From: an uncultured Rickettsiales bacterium
Lineage (GTDB): Bacteria; Myxococcota_A; UBA796; UBA9615; CAYRNR01
NCBI GenBank assembly: GCA_964504165.1
Contig: CAZDDH010000002.1
Span: 24,327 to 88,326, forward strand
Direction: 5' to 3'
Length of the DNA stretch: 64,000 bases
Shown: one piece after another, positions 11,913 to 21,586 of the stretch
Numbering within the stretch: position 1 is the stretch's first letter
Layout of the letters: each line of letters begins with the position of its first letter
Notes under the pieces: model-generated
Seen by the model: the letters and a program-made list of their open reading frames with translations, nothing else
Told to the model about the DNA's origin: nothing
The model's database searches: none
Translations under genes and position numbers: made by a program

Positions 11913-12650
11913 TCAGAGTGCCGTGTAGTCCCCCAGCCGCTCATGGATCAAGATGCGAGCGATCTCGGTGACCATCCGCCGCGTGTCGCGGACGGTCTGA
12001 ACGCGGCTGTCGGCGTCGTAGTACCAATCGATGGGGACCTCGTCGATACGCATCCCGGCACGCCGGGCCAGGAACAACAGCTCCACGTCGAAGGCGAACC
12101 CGTCGATGCGCGACACGGGGAAAAGCCGGCGGCACGCCCGGTCCGTGAAGGCCTTGAACCCGCACTGGGTGTCCTGGATGTGGGGAACCAGCGTGCTCCG
12201 CACCAGCCCGTTGAAGATGCGTCCCTGCAGGTGACGACGTTGGGGCTCGCCGATGCGCCTCGATCCCGGAAGCTCCCGGGAGGCGATGGATAGATCGGCG
12301 CCGTCCTCCAGCCGAGCGAGCAGGAGCGGGATCATCTCGGCCGGCATGGACATGTCCACGTCACACATGACCCGCCAGGGTGTGTCCACCGCCAGCATGC
12401 CGGCTCGCACCGCGCCCCCCTTGCCCCGGTGCGGCTCCGCCTGGATATCCAGGCGATCGTGGCGCGACGCCAACCCACGGGCGACGGCCAACGTATCGTC
12501 ATCGCTGCCGTCGTCCACGATCCGCACCCGCCACGGCATCTGCTCGTCTGCGATGAATTTCATCAACGGCGGGATCGTGGCCGGGAGACGGGCTCCTTCC
12601 CGGTAGGCCGGGAGGATCAGGGTCGTCTCCACGCGGGTTTCTCCGCTCAC
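11913..12650 (-). CDS. GT2 glycosyltransferase, dolichyl/polyprenyl-phosphate hexose synthase-like
   Basis: ILPAYRE, VDDGSDD, GKGGAVRAG, DVD, DTQCGFKAF and GFAFDVELL; GTG start with an upstream GGAGG. Confidence 0.85.
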   Translation of the reverse strand: MSGETRVETTLILPAYREGARLPATIPPLMKFIADEQMPWRVRIVDDGSDDDTLAVARGLASRHDRLDIQAEPHRGKGGAVRAGMLAVDTPWRVMCDVDMSMPAEMIPLLLARLEDGADLSIASRELPGSRRIGEPQRRHLQGRIFNGLVRSTLVPHIQDTQCGFKAFTDRACRRLFPVSRIDGFAFDVELLFLARRAGMRIDEVPIDWYYDADSRVQTVRDTRRMVTEIARILIHERLGDYTAL

Positions 12651-12796
12651 CTGCAGGCTCCTCCACGGTTCAGCCCCGTCGCGTCCGAGCCGGCCGGCGC
12701 GCGCCCGTTTCTTCATTCTCGCGGGCACGCAGACCTTGACGGTCTTCGAGATGGATCCTTATCCTGTGCCGATTCTGACGCTAACGAGGTTTCACC

Positions 12797-14164
12797 ATGG
12801 CACCGAAGAAAAAGCAAACTCCGCCGCCCCCGGCAATCCAGTTCAATCCCCCGACCCTTTCGCTGCTGGCCGCGACGCTGCTCGTGGGCATCATCGTCGG
12901 CATCTTCATCGGCAAGGGCGCCAAGCAGGACGCCGCCGATGAGCCGGCCGCCACCGCGGCCTCCAAGGGCACCGCCGCGAGTGCGGCGACCAAGCCCACC
13001 GCTGCGACCAAGGGCAAGACCAAGCCGGCGCGGGTCTCGCAGACCGACTCCCCATTCCTCGACGCCGCCGCCGTGGCCAAGTTCGAGGGCAAGGACAAGG
13101 AACTGACCGACTACAAGCGCGCCGCGGACTTCGTGGGCCGCCGTAATGCCCGCGCCGCCGGCCCGATCCTCGATCGGCTAGCCAGCGCAGCGCCGGAGGC
13201 CAGCTACCAGGAGGAGATCTCGCTGCTGCAGGCCTCCAACAAGGTCAACCAGAACCTGCCCCAGGAGGCCCTCGACGCGCTGAACACCTGGCGCGGCACC
13301 TATCCGGAAAGCCGCCTGATGGCGCAGGCCGACCTCATCGAAGGCAAGGCCTACGTCACCGTGGGCAAGGGGCTGATGGGCGGCGCGGACACGGCCACCG
13401 GCCCGGCCCGCACCGAATATGACAAGGCCAAGGGCATCTTCGAAGCTATCCCCAAGAAGTACGCTTCGGATGACGACGCCTGCGGCGAGGCGCTGTACAA
13501 CCTGGGGGCGGTCCACACCAGCCTGGGCGACAACACGGCCTCGCTGGCGGCCTACGACCAGCTCGTGGACCAGTACCCCAAGCATTCGCTCGCCGTCCGT
13601 GCCCTGTACTCGGTGGCCAATGGCTCCTGGCGCAAGGAGGACTACCCCACCGCCAAGAAGTACTTCCAGAAGATCGTCGACAAGTACCCCAGCGATGGGC
13701 TGGCCAAGCGCTCCAAGAAGAACATCAAAGCCATCTCGATCATCGGCCAGCCCGCCGCCGAGCTGGCCGTCGACCACTGGCTGGGAGGAGGCAAGGTCAC
13801 ATCGGCCGACATGAAGGGCAAGGTCGTGCTGTTGAACTTCTGGAACGAGTGGTGCCCCCATTGCCGGCGCGAGATGCCCAAGACGCAGAAGCTGGCCGAG
13901 AAGTACCGGGATCAGGGCCTGGTTGTCATCGCGGTGACCAAGCACACCAAGAGCCAGACCGACGAAAAGGTGACGGCGTTCCTGGACGAACACGGCATCA
14001 CCCTGCCCTGCGCCGTGGAGTCTGATGGGTACAAATCCTCCAAGGACTTCGGCGTAACCGGCGTCCCGGCCGGAGTGGTCATCGACCGTTCCGGCAACAT
14101 CGCCTGGCGCAACCACCCGGCCCGTCTCAGCGAAGAACGCATCAAGCAGTTCCTCGCCGACTGA
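12797..14164 (+). CDS. Membrane-anchored TPR (BamD/CpoB-like) protein fused to a TlpA-type thioredoxin domain
   Basis: N-terminal TM helix, Ala/Lys-rich linker, TPR repeats (ALYNLG..., FQKIVDKYP) and KGKVVLLNFWNEWCPHC. Confidence 0.85.
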   Translation: MAPKKKQTPPPPAIQFNPPTLSLLAATLLVGIIVGIFIGKGAKQDAADEPAATAASKGTAASAATKPTAATKGKTKPARVSQTDSPFLDAAAVAKFEGKDKELTDYKRAADFVGRRNARAAGPILDRLASAAPEASYQEEISLLQASNKVNQNLPQEALDALNTWRGTYPESRLMAQADLIEGKAYVTVGKGLMGGADTATGPARTEYDKAKGIFEAIPKKYASDDDACGEALYNLGAVHTSLGDNTASLAAYDQLVDQYPKHSLAVRALYSVANGSWRKEDYPTAKKYFQKIVDKYPSDGLAKRSKKNIKAISIIGQPAAELAVDHWLGGGKVTSADMKGKVVLLNFWNEWCPHCRREMPKTQKLAEKYRDQGLVVIAVTKHTKSQTDEKVTAFLDEHGITLPCAVESDGYKSSKDFGVTGVPAGVVIDRSGNIAWRNHPARLSEERIKQFLAD

Positions 14165-14248
14165 TCCAGGGCCGGCTTCCAGCCGGTCGCCGCCAACCCC
14201 CTCATTCCCCTTGGCGAACACCCGCACCGGGGTTAGTTTGATCCAATC

Positions 14249-15823
14249 ATGCGCATCGCACTGATCACCCCGACTCCGTACGACCTGTTCGCCTCGGGCC
14301 CACGCGCACTTTCGGCCTTCTTGCGCGAGCAGGGCCACGACACGCGGCTGATCCTGGTCCCCGGTGAGACCGGTCGTTACAAGTACCGCACCAACTACAT
14401 CTACCAGCTGCCGGGCACGATGATCGACGACCTGGTGCGGCTCGCCGACGGCTGCGACCTCATCGGCGTGAGCTTCATGTCCGGCAACTTCGATGTGGCC
14501 GTCCAGTGCACCCGCGCGCTGCAGACAGCCTACCCCGGCACGCCGGTGGTCTGGGGCGGGCACCACGCCACGGTGCAGCCGGAACAGGCGATGGAATACG
14601 TCGATCTGGCGGTCGTCGGTGAGGGCGAGGGGGCCATGCTCGACCTGGCCGACGCCATCGAGGCCGGCGAGGACGTGTCCGGAATCCCCAATGTCTGGGC
14701 GCGGCGCGGCGGGGAGACGGTTTCCAATCTGCCGCGGCCCCTGATCCAGGATCTGGATTCCCTACCCTTCATCGACTACTCGTGTGAGGACCACTGGGTC
14801 TACGATCGCAAGCAGCGGCACTTGATCCCGTTGGACGCCGAGGGGCTCCGGCTCAACGCCGCCCAGTACCCGGACCGGGACAAGATCCTGCGCTACACCT
14901 ACAAGACGATGATCACGCGGGGTTGCCCCCATCACTGTGCCTACTGTGGCGCCGCTCACGCCCATGGGATGTATGCCAAACAGCGGGTGCTGCGGCGCCG
15001 CTCGGTGGGCCACATGATGGCGGAGATGAAGGCGCTGCTGGAGCGTTATCCGTTCTACGAGATGATGCACATGCAGGACGATGTGTTCTTCGCCGCGCCC
15101 ACGAAGTCCATCGAGGAATTCGCCACCGCCTACAAGCGGGAGATCGACCTGCCCATCCGGGCACAGATGTCACCGACGGTCATCAACGAGACCAAGTTCA
15201 AGGCGATGATCGATGCCGGCCTGTGTTTCACGGAGCTGGGCTTGCAGACCGGCAACGAGCGGACGATGAAGCTCTACCGCCGGGGCATGAGCAATGAACA
15301 CCTGCTACGGGCGACGGACATCATCGCCCGCTACTCCGAGTACCTCAACACGCCGGATTACCACGTGATCCTGGACTGCCCGTGGGAAACCCCCGACGAC
15401 GTCGTCGATACGCTGCGACTGATCTGGGAGCTGCCCCACCCCTACAACCTGCTGCCGTCCTCGCTGGTGTTCTACCCGGGCACGGCGTTTTACGAGCGGG
15501 CCCGCGAAGAGGGCATCCTCGTCGATGATTTTTCCGAGATCTACCGCAAGCACTTCACCACGCCCAAGGGCAGCTACGTCAACTTCCTGTTCTGGCTGTC
15601 GATCTTCAACCGCTTCCCCAAGAAAGTCGTCGAGAAGATGGCCTCCAAGCCGGTCCTGGACACCCTCTCGCGGCAGGAATTCAACGAGCTGTTCGGGTTG
15701 ATGGTCCGCACGGGAGAGAACGGCCGCCGCTTCGGACGGGTGGCCAAGTACGCGGCTTCGGGCGCCCTGTTGAACCTCCACAATCTCAAGAATATTCGGA
15801 AGATCGCGGGGTACTGGAAGTAG
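14249..15823 (+). CDS. Cobalamin-binding radical SAM protein
   Basis: B12-binding N-domain (VVWGGHHAT, VVGEGE), LDSLPF, TRGCPHHCAYC (CxxxCxxC), DDVF and LGLQTG. Confidence 0.88.
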   Translation: MRIALITPTPYDLFASGPRALSAFLREQGHDTRLILVPGETGRYKYRTNYIYQLPGTMIDDLVRLADGCDLIGVSFMSGNFDVAVQCTRALQTAYPGTPVVWGGHHATVQPEQAMEYVDLAVVGEGEGAMLDLADAIEAGEDVSGIPNVWARRGGETVSNLPRPLIQDLDSLPFIDYSCEDHWVYDRKQRHLIPLDAEGLRLNAAQYPDRDKILRYTYKTMITRGCPHHCAYCGAAHAHGMYAKQRVLRRRSVGHMMAEMKALLERYPFYEMMHMQDDVFFAAPTKSIEEFATAYKREIDLPIRAQMSPTVINETKFKAMIDAGLCFTELGLQTGNERTMKLYRRGMSNEHLLRATDIIARYSEYLNTPDYHVILDCPWETPDDVVDTLRLIWELPHPYNLLPSSLVFYPGTAFYERAREEGILVDDFSEIYRKHFTTPKGSYVNFLFWLSIFNRFPKKVVEKMASKPVLDTLSRQEFNELFGLMVRTGENGRRFGRVAKYAASGALLNLHNLKNIRKIAGYWK

Positions 15824-15832
15824 GCACGCGCC

Positions 15833-17911
15833 CTACAGATTCAAGAACTCCACCTTGAACTCGATGCGCTGCTCCTCGGTGCCCCACAGGTCCCGGTTGT
15901 CGTGGAGCATCAGGCTCACGCCCTGATGGATGTGGTGATACAGGCCACCGAATCGATGGACCGTCTCCACCGGGGTCAGCCACAGGTCCATCGGATCGTC
16001 CATGTAGAAACAGATCACCAGATCCGCCTCCTCGTCGAGGAGTTCCAGATAGCCCACGTGCTTGAGTTCGATGGCGTGGTCGATGGCACCCGAGACATCT
16101 CCCGCGGAGCAGACGGCGTCATAGCGGGATGAGGATCCGCCGGGCAGCGCCAGGTTGAGCTCGGTGCCGAACCAGACCCGGGCCGGCTCGAAATACCGGT
16201 TGATCAAGCGATAGCTCGCGCGCAAGCGCGAATGCGCCGTCGAGAAGACGAAGCTCTTCTCGATGCGCACCAGGGAGCTCCGCCCGCCCTCCTCGATGGT
16301 CCCGTTGCGGCCCAGCAGGACACCATGTTCGTGGTCCCCCAGCTTCTTCTTGTGGGTCATCACCTCGTAGGGGAAGCCGGCGAAGTCCCCCGCGTCGCGG
16401 AAACACCCGCGGCGCCAGCTCTCCAGCGTGGTGTTGGCATCGAGGAGATGGTCCACGAACGAATGGCGGCCCCGCGCATCGAACCCCAGCAGAGCTGCTT
16501 CCTCGCTCGGAATGAGCGGCATCCCGGACAGATCCATGGCGCGGCCACCGTGGACCAGCTGTAGATCCGTCTCCGAGATGGCCAGGTGACACGGTTCCTC
16601 GTAGCGGCGCATCACGTCGCCGAGGGCCAGGTCACGGGAGGCCAGATCCAGGGCCGTGAGGCAGCCGCCACGGCTGGGTGAGATGACGGCGCCGATGGCC
16701 TCGGTCTTGACGATCAGCTCGTGGTTGCCATCGCAGTCCAGATCCGCCGAGCGCACGACGGGGCCGCTGTCCCCGTTGTCGAGGACCTGGTCGGCGAGCC
16801 GCGCAGCGGTGAGGAGGTTGCTGTTGGCTTGGTGGCGGATCCATGGGTCGAAACAGCCGAGCTGCTCGCCGTGCCAGTAGGCCACGTGAGTCTGGGCCTG
16901 CCAGAGCTGGGTACAGGCGCGCTCCAGCCACGCCCGGTGCGATTCCAGCTCCTTGCGGCCGTTCCCTCGCCGGGCGGCATCCCGCACGCCGCCACGCATA
17001 CGCTGCACCCGGTAGCTGGTCATCAACATCCGTTTGTGCAGGTTGTTGACCTCGGGGTACTGCACCAGGAACCGAGTCCAGCCCAGGCCCTGCAAGGTGT
17101 CGTCCAGGCCGATGGGATGAGTGATCGAGGGAAGATAGATCCGGCCGACCGGATCATCCCGATCCAACATCTCGGAGCAGGTGCGCGTCTTGATCCAGTG
17201 GCGCTCTTGCTGGCAGGCGTCTAACAGGTCGATGACGCGCTGGGCGTCTTCGCGCGAATTCAGATCGTCGAACTCCAGGACCGCCTTGCGCTCCTGGCGG
17301 CGGCCCATGAAGCGCCCGAGTTGCTGCACGATGCCGGCGCGGTCGCCGTCCGGCAGTTTGCGCTGGAGCTGGTCGCGGACGGGGAACACGCCCAGAGCGA
17401 AACCGTCGCGCTCCACCATGTAGTAACCGTCAAGCTCGTCCCGTTCCAGGTGGGCTGCCAGGAAATTCTTCTCGTCCACCAGCGTGTAGCGGATCCCCGC
17501 CCGGCTGAAAAGGCCCGGGAGCGCCGGGTCCCAGGCCCGCCCCACGAGCCAGGCCCCGGCCGGAACGTCGCCCAACTGCTCCCGAAAAAAATTGGCCGTC
17601 AGCTGGAGCTGGCCCGCTGCGTCGTGCTCGGGAATGGCAGACAGGATGGGGTCGTAGAAACCGCCGCCGAACAATTCCAGCCGCCGCGCTCGCGAAAGCT
17701 GCTGGATATCGGACCACTGTTTGGGATGACGGCGGGCCAGCCAGTGCATCAGACGGGCGCTCAGATGCATGCCACATTTGAGCTGGGAGGCCTGCCGCAG
17801 ACGCTTGATGACCGGTCGAAGAACCTGCTTGGTAAGGTCCTCAAGCCTCTCGTCGTCGTCGAATACGGTCGCCTGGATTGCCAGGCATATCATTAGATTC
17901 AGTGTCCGCAT
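15833..17911 (-). CDS. GH57 4-alpha-glucanotransferase-like protein, probably catalytically inactive
   Basis: LELFGGGFYDPIL, GRIYLPS, FLVQYPEVNNLHKRML, AYWHG and SFVDH motifs with a C-terminal beta-sandwich; the nucleophile motif reads WLVGRAW instead of WLxERxW. Confidence 0.8.
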   Translation of the reverse strand: MRTLNLMICLAIQATVFDDDERLEDLTKQVLRPVIKRLRQASQLKCGMHLSARLMHWLARRHPKQWSDIQQLSRARRLELFGGGFYDPILSAIPEHDAAGQLQLTANFFREQLGDVPAGAWLVGRAWDPALPGLFSRAGIRYTLVDEKNFLAAHLERDELDGYYMVERDGFALGVFPVRDQLQRKLPDGDRAGIVQQLGRFMGRRQERKAVLEFDDLNSREDAQRVIDLLDACQQERHWIKTRTCSEMLDRDDPVGRIYLPSITHPIGLDDTLQGLGWTRFLVQYPEVNNLHKRMLMTSYRVQRMRGGVRDAARRGNGRKELESHRAWLERACTQLWQAQTHVAYWHGEQLGCFDPWIRHQANSNLLTAARLADQVLDNGDSGPVVRSADLDCDGNHELIVKTEAIGAVISPSRGGCLTALDLASRDLALGDVMRRYEEPCHLAISETDLQLVHGGRAMDLSGMPLIPSEEAALLGFDARGRHSFVDHLLDANTTLESWRRGCFRDAGDFAGFPYEVMTHKKKLGDHEHGVLLGRNGTIEEGGRSSLVRIEKSFVFSTAHSRLRASYRLINRYFEPARVWFGTELNLALPGGSSSRYDAVCSAGDVSGAIDHAIELKHVGYLELLDEEADLVICFYMDDPMDLWLTPVETVHRFGGLYHHIHQGVSLMLHDNRDLWGTEEQRIEFKVEFLNL

Positions 17912-18079
17912 TGACGTCCAAGCAGCGAATCGACCAGCGTGAATCGACCTCGAGGGGTCACGTTAAAAATATACGCTCCCTGGACACGTACGGACAATCC
18001 GTGGTTGTGCTCAGCAGCCGACACAAATTGCATTACCTCCGTCCATACCGTAATTTTGTGTCCGTAGCTTGCCAGAGAT

Positions 18080-21000
18080 TTGACAAAAAACTGGTGGGCC
18101 ACTTGGGTGGAGGGCGCTTTGTTCTATCGGGCCATCTTGCTGGCAGCCGTTGTGTGTCTGCAGGTGTGTTGTTGTGTGCCCGCCGATGCTCAGGAAGAAA
18201 CGGATCCCGTCACCGCGCTGGGCGAAAAACGCCTGGCAGACGCCAAGCTTTTTGTGGCCGACGGTGAATGGGACGCGGCCCTCGTCGCCGTCCAGGAAGC
18301 GGGCTGGTACATCTCCGAAGGCCATCCCCTGTTCAGCGATATCAAGCAGGTGGAGAACTCGGCGAACTTCGGCAAGCACCGTGAGAGCGGTGACATTGCC
18401 GCCGATACGGGTGACCATAAATCGGCCGTCAGTTCCTATGAACGCGCGTTGCGGTACAAGAACGACGCCGCGACACGCACCAAGCTGGAACAGGCACGGG
18501 CCAGGGTCGCGAGCGCTGCACCGCCCCCCCCCGACCCGGTCGAGGAACCCGAACCGGTCGCGGAAGACCGCGTCGAAGAGGCCGTCGCCGACACCGAATC
18601 GGCCACGACCGAGGTACCCGAGGACGCCGCAGGCGAGGAACCCGCCGGCGAGGAACCTGCTGACGGCGAGCTCCCCCTGGAAGACGGAGCGGCGGAACCG
18701 GCCGAGGACGGCGGGGCGGAGGCCCCCACCCCCATCGAAGAACCCGTGACCCCCGAGCAGGTGGCCGAACCGCCCGCCGACGACGCCGCGGCAACAGCCG
18801 TGATCCCCGAGGCTCCACAAGCCCCGGTGGAAAACGCCGAGGGCAAGGGGCTACCGTGGCTGTGGATCGTGCTGGGCGTGGGGCTGGTCGCCATAGTGGC
18901 CGTCGGGACCCGCACACCGGTGCTGATTGCCGCCGCCGGCGCTCTCCAACGCATGGGTTCGGACGGGTTGGCGTTGAGCCTGTTCCAGGTGGTCGCCAGG
19001 CGCGGTGACAACGACCCCAGCGCGCTGCGGCCCTATGTCGAGTGCCTCATCTCCGCGGGGCGCGTCGATGACGAATCACGTACGACGTACCATTCGGCGC
19101 TCCAGGCCGAACTCCCCGCCGACGTGCAAGTCCGGCTGGCCACGCTCTACTGGTCCCACAAGCTCAATGACGAAGACGCTCGCACGCTCTACGAGCTGGC
19201 CACGCAGGCCGATCCGGCCAACGCGGACCTCTGGGAGGCGCTCGAGAGCTGCGTGGGGACACACGAGCTGGAGGAGAAGCTCGTGCATGCCCGCCGGCTG
19301 CTGTCGATGGGGCGCACGAGCCCCGAGCGGCTCCTGCTGGTCGCCGAGAATGTCGATATCGAAAGCGGCGGTCAGGAAGCCATCGAGATCCTCCAGCAGG
19401 CGGTCCAACTCGATCTGGAGGACGAAGACCTGCTGCGTCGCCAGGAGGAGCTGGCCGAGCGCCTGCTCCCCATCTACGAGAACGAGAGCCTGGACAACGA
19501 GGACGCGGTCACCGCGCGGCTCGCATTCCTGCGGTCGGTCCCCGTCGATGACTCTCAGCTGGGGATCCCGTGCATGGGCAATCCCCGTCGTTCCCGTGAG
19601 GTGGTTGCCGAGGTGGCCCTGGCCCTCAGGCACCAAGACAAGCTTGAGCAACTATACGAAATATACCTAGAATTACTGAAGAAATATCGAGGGGAGCAAC
19701 TGCTCCTCGACGGTATCTTACGGGTCTCCGCGGAGACCGACCAGTACGACCGCACGCTCACGGAGCTCGACGGAATCTACCCCCACGGCACCGAGACGGA
19801 CGCCCTGCTCTCGGTGCGCGTCGCCACCTCACTGATGATCGCCGGACAAAGGAACCTGCAGGCGAGGATCGGGGAGTCGGGCGTGATCTCGGCGGAGTTC
19901 CCAGGCCTCACGCTCTTCGAGCTGGCGCGAGCCCACATGGCTACCATCGAGATCAACGAATGCAGGCGTCCCGATGTGCGCGAGGCCCTGAAGCTGTTCG
20001 TCGAGTTCTACATGCAGAGCTCGAATCATCTGCTGCCCCTCGACGGTCACCTGGCGCAGCTGTTGTGGCAGGTTGGCGACTACCCGCGTGCGGTGTCGCT
20101 GTTCCTGTGGGCGTGTGGATTCGAGCCACACCCTGTGGACGGGGGCGTGATGGTGTTGCCATCCGACGACGCTCCACCGTGCCACGAGCTGTTCCCGGAC
20201 GATCGCAGCACCCTGGTTCAGGTCATCGCGGATCGACCGGCCGTGGAGCAGGACATCCTTCGCATCGCCGCGCGGCTCAGCAAGGGATCGATGAACACCA
20301 AGCTAGCCATGTTGGTCTCCGGTGAGCCGATCGGCAAGGAGATCCGGCAACGGGCCTACGATATGTCTCCACCGCTGCTGGTCGCCGAATGGCGCGACCT
20401 GAAAGCGGCGCTGGACGAGGGGCACCTGCGTAAGACCTTCCGCAAAATGGTCGAGGCAGTCGTTCAGTTCAACGTGACTCCTGAAGGACCAGGCCCGGAT
20501 CTGGATGAGCAGTTCATCATCGGCCGGGACGAGCTGGCCCAGGATCTCGAGCAACGCTTGGCGGATGACCAGTACTCCTCTCCGATCCTGCTCAAGGGTC
20601 TGCGCGGCGCGGGCAAGAGCACCCTGCTGCACAAGGTTCTGCGCGGGCTGGATGTAACGGCTTCCGCCCAGGCCCGGCCGGAAGGCTCGCCGGACATATA
20701 CGTGCCCGAGCTCTGGGGTAGTCTGCTCGTCGATCTGTTCGATAAGGCGCGGGCGAAGGGCATGGTGAGGGGGTCGAAGAGCTTCCCAGTCGCCCCGGCG
20801 TTCCCTCGGATCTCGGATCCGGCCGAGGCCTACGTAGAGGGTTTCTCCGCGGTGATGAATGCGATGAACGGCTCCATCGGCGAGGGGCCCATCGTCCTTG
20901 AGCTGGATGCGATCGAGTCCTTGTTCCCGATCCCGGATCCCCTCGCGTCGGAGGAAGAGACTCTGCCTGGCATCGAGCCGCTGATGGAAGCCATGGCCGA

Positions 21001-21586
21001 GATCGCCAAGCGCGACAAGGTCCGCGTCGTCATGATCGCCAACCGCCCGGGATTCGCCACCGACAAGCTGCCGGCAAGCACCGAGATAGTCCAGGTAGGG
21101 CTATTGCACGACCAAGCCTGCCGGGCCCTACTCACCCGCGCAACGGAGCGCCTCTCGATCACCTTGGACGATGGGCTGTTGACGCGATTCTCCGCTGAGG
21201 CCGGCGGTCATCCAGGGATCGTGTGGATGATCAGCGACGTCCTCTCGGCGGCGCGTGCCCAGAAGACGACACACTTCTCCGACGAGCACGCCGGCCCCAT
21301 CCTGGACCAGGTCTTCCAGTCCTCGACGTTCGACCACCTGGCGCGTAACCTCGTCATCGATCTGGATCTCGGGCAGCAACGGGTGCTGCAGGCGTTGGCC
21401 CGCTCGAGCGACGAGCCAACGGACGCGGCGTCGGTGGTCGCCGAGCTGGGCACCAGCGTGCACGGCAAGCCGGTCGAAGAGATTCTCAACGAGCTTGTGT
21501 ATCTGACCCTACTCGAGCACGGAGGCGGCATCGAATACCGCATCCGGCCGGGGCTGCTGAGCCGCTGGCTGGCTGCAAGCGGTTAG
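18080..21586 (+). CDS. Large membrane-spanning protein: signal peptide, TPR, acidic linker, TM helix, helical repeats, STAND-like P-loop ATPase and winged helix
   Basis: FIIGRDEL, Walker A GLRGAGKST, Walker B IVLELDA, GGHP and a C-terminal wHTH-like segment; TM helix LPWLWIVLGVGLVAIVAVG. TTG start is uncertain. Confidence 0.7.
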   Translation: MTKNWWATWVEGALFYRAILLAAVVCLQVCCCVPADAQEETDPVTALGEKRLADAKLFVADGEWDAALVAVQEAGWYISEGHPLFSDIKQVENSANFGKHRESGDIAADTGDHKSAVSSYERALRYKNDAATRTKLEQARARVASAAPPPPDPVEEPEPVAEDRVEEAVADTESATTEVPEDAAGEEPAGEEPADGELPLEDGAAEPAEDGGAEAPTPIEEPVTPEQVAEPPADDAAATAVIPEAPQAPVENAEGKGLPWLWIVLGVGLVAIVAVGTRTPVLIAAAGALQRMGSDGLALSLFQVVARRGDNDPSALRPYVECLISAGRVDDESRTTYHSALQAELPADVQVRLATLYWSHKLNDEDARTLYELATQADPANADLWEALESCVGTHELEEKLVHARRLLSMGRTSPERLLLVAENVDIESGGQEAIEILQQAVQLDLEDEDLLRRQEELAERLLPIYENESLDNEDAVTARLAFLRSVPVDDSQLGIPCMGNPRRSREVVAEVALALRHQDKLEQLYEIYLELLKKYRGEQLLLDGILRVSAETDQYDRTLTELDGIYPHGTETDALLSVRVATSLMIAGQRNLQARIGESGVISAEFPGLTLFELARAHMATIEINECRRPDVREALKLFVEFYMQSSNHLLPLDGHLAQLLWQVGDYPRAVSLFLWACGFEPHPVDGGVMVLPSDDAPPCHELFPDDRSTLVQVIADRPAVEQDILRIAARLSKGSMNTKLAMLVSGEPIGKEIRQRAYDMSPPLLVAEWRDLKAALDEGHLRKTFRKMVEAVVQFNVTPEGPGPDLDEQFIIGRDELAQDLEQRLADDQYSSPILLKGLRGAGKSTLLHKVLRGLDVTASAQARPEGSPDIYVPELWGSLLVDLFDKARAKGMVRGSKSFPVAPAFPRISDPAEAYVEGFSAVMNAMNGSIGEGPIVLELDAIESLFPIPDPLASEEETLPGIEPLMEAMAEIAKRDKVRVVMIANRPGFATDKLPASTEIVQVGLLHDQACRALLTRATERLSITLDDGLLTRFSAEAGGHPGIVWMISDVLSAARAQKTTHFSDEHAGPILDQVFQSSTFDHLARNLVIDLDLGQQRVLQALARSSDEPTDAASVVAELGTSVHGKPVEEILNELVYLTLLEHGGGIEYRIRPGLLSRWLAASG

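Noticed and set aside
14170-14190. CCGGCT/AGCCGG hairpin after the TPR-thioredoxin gene as a terminator
   Set aside because: Short stem with no U-tract.
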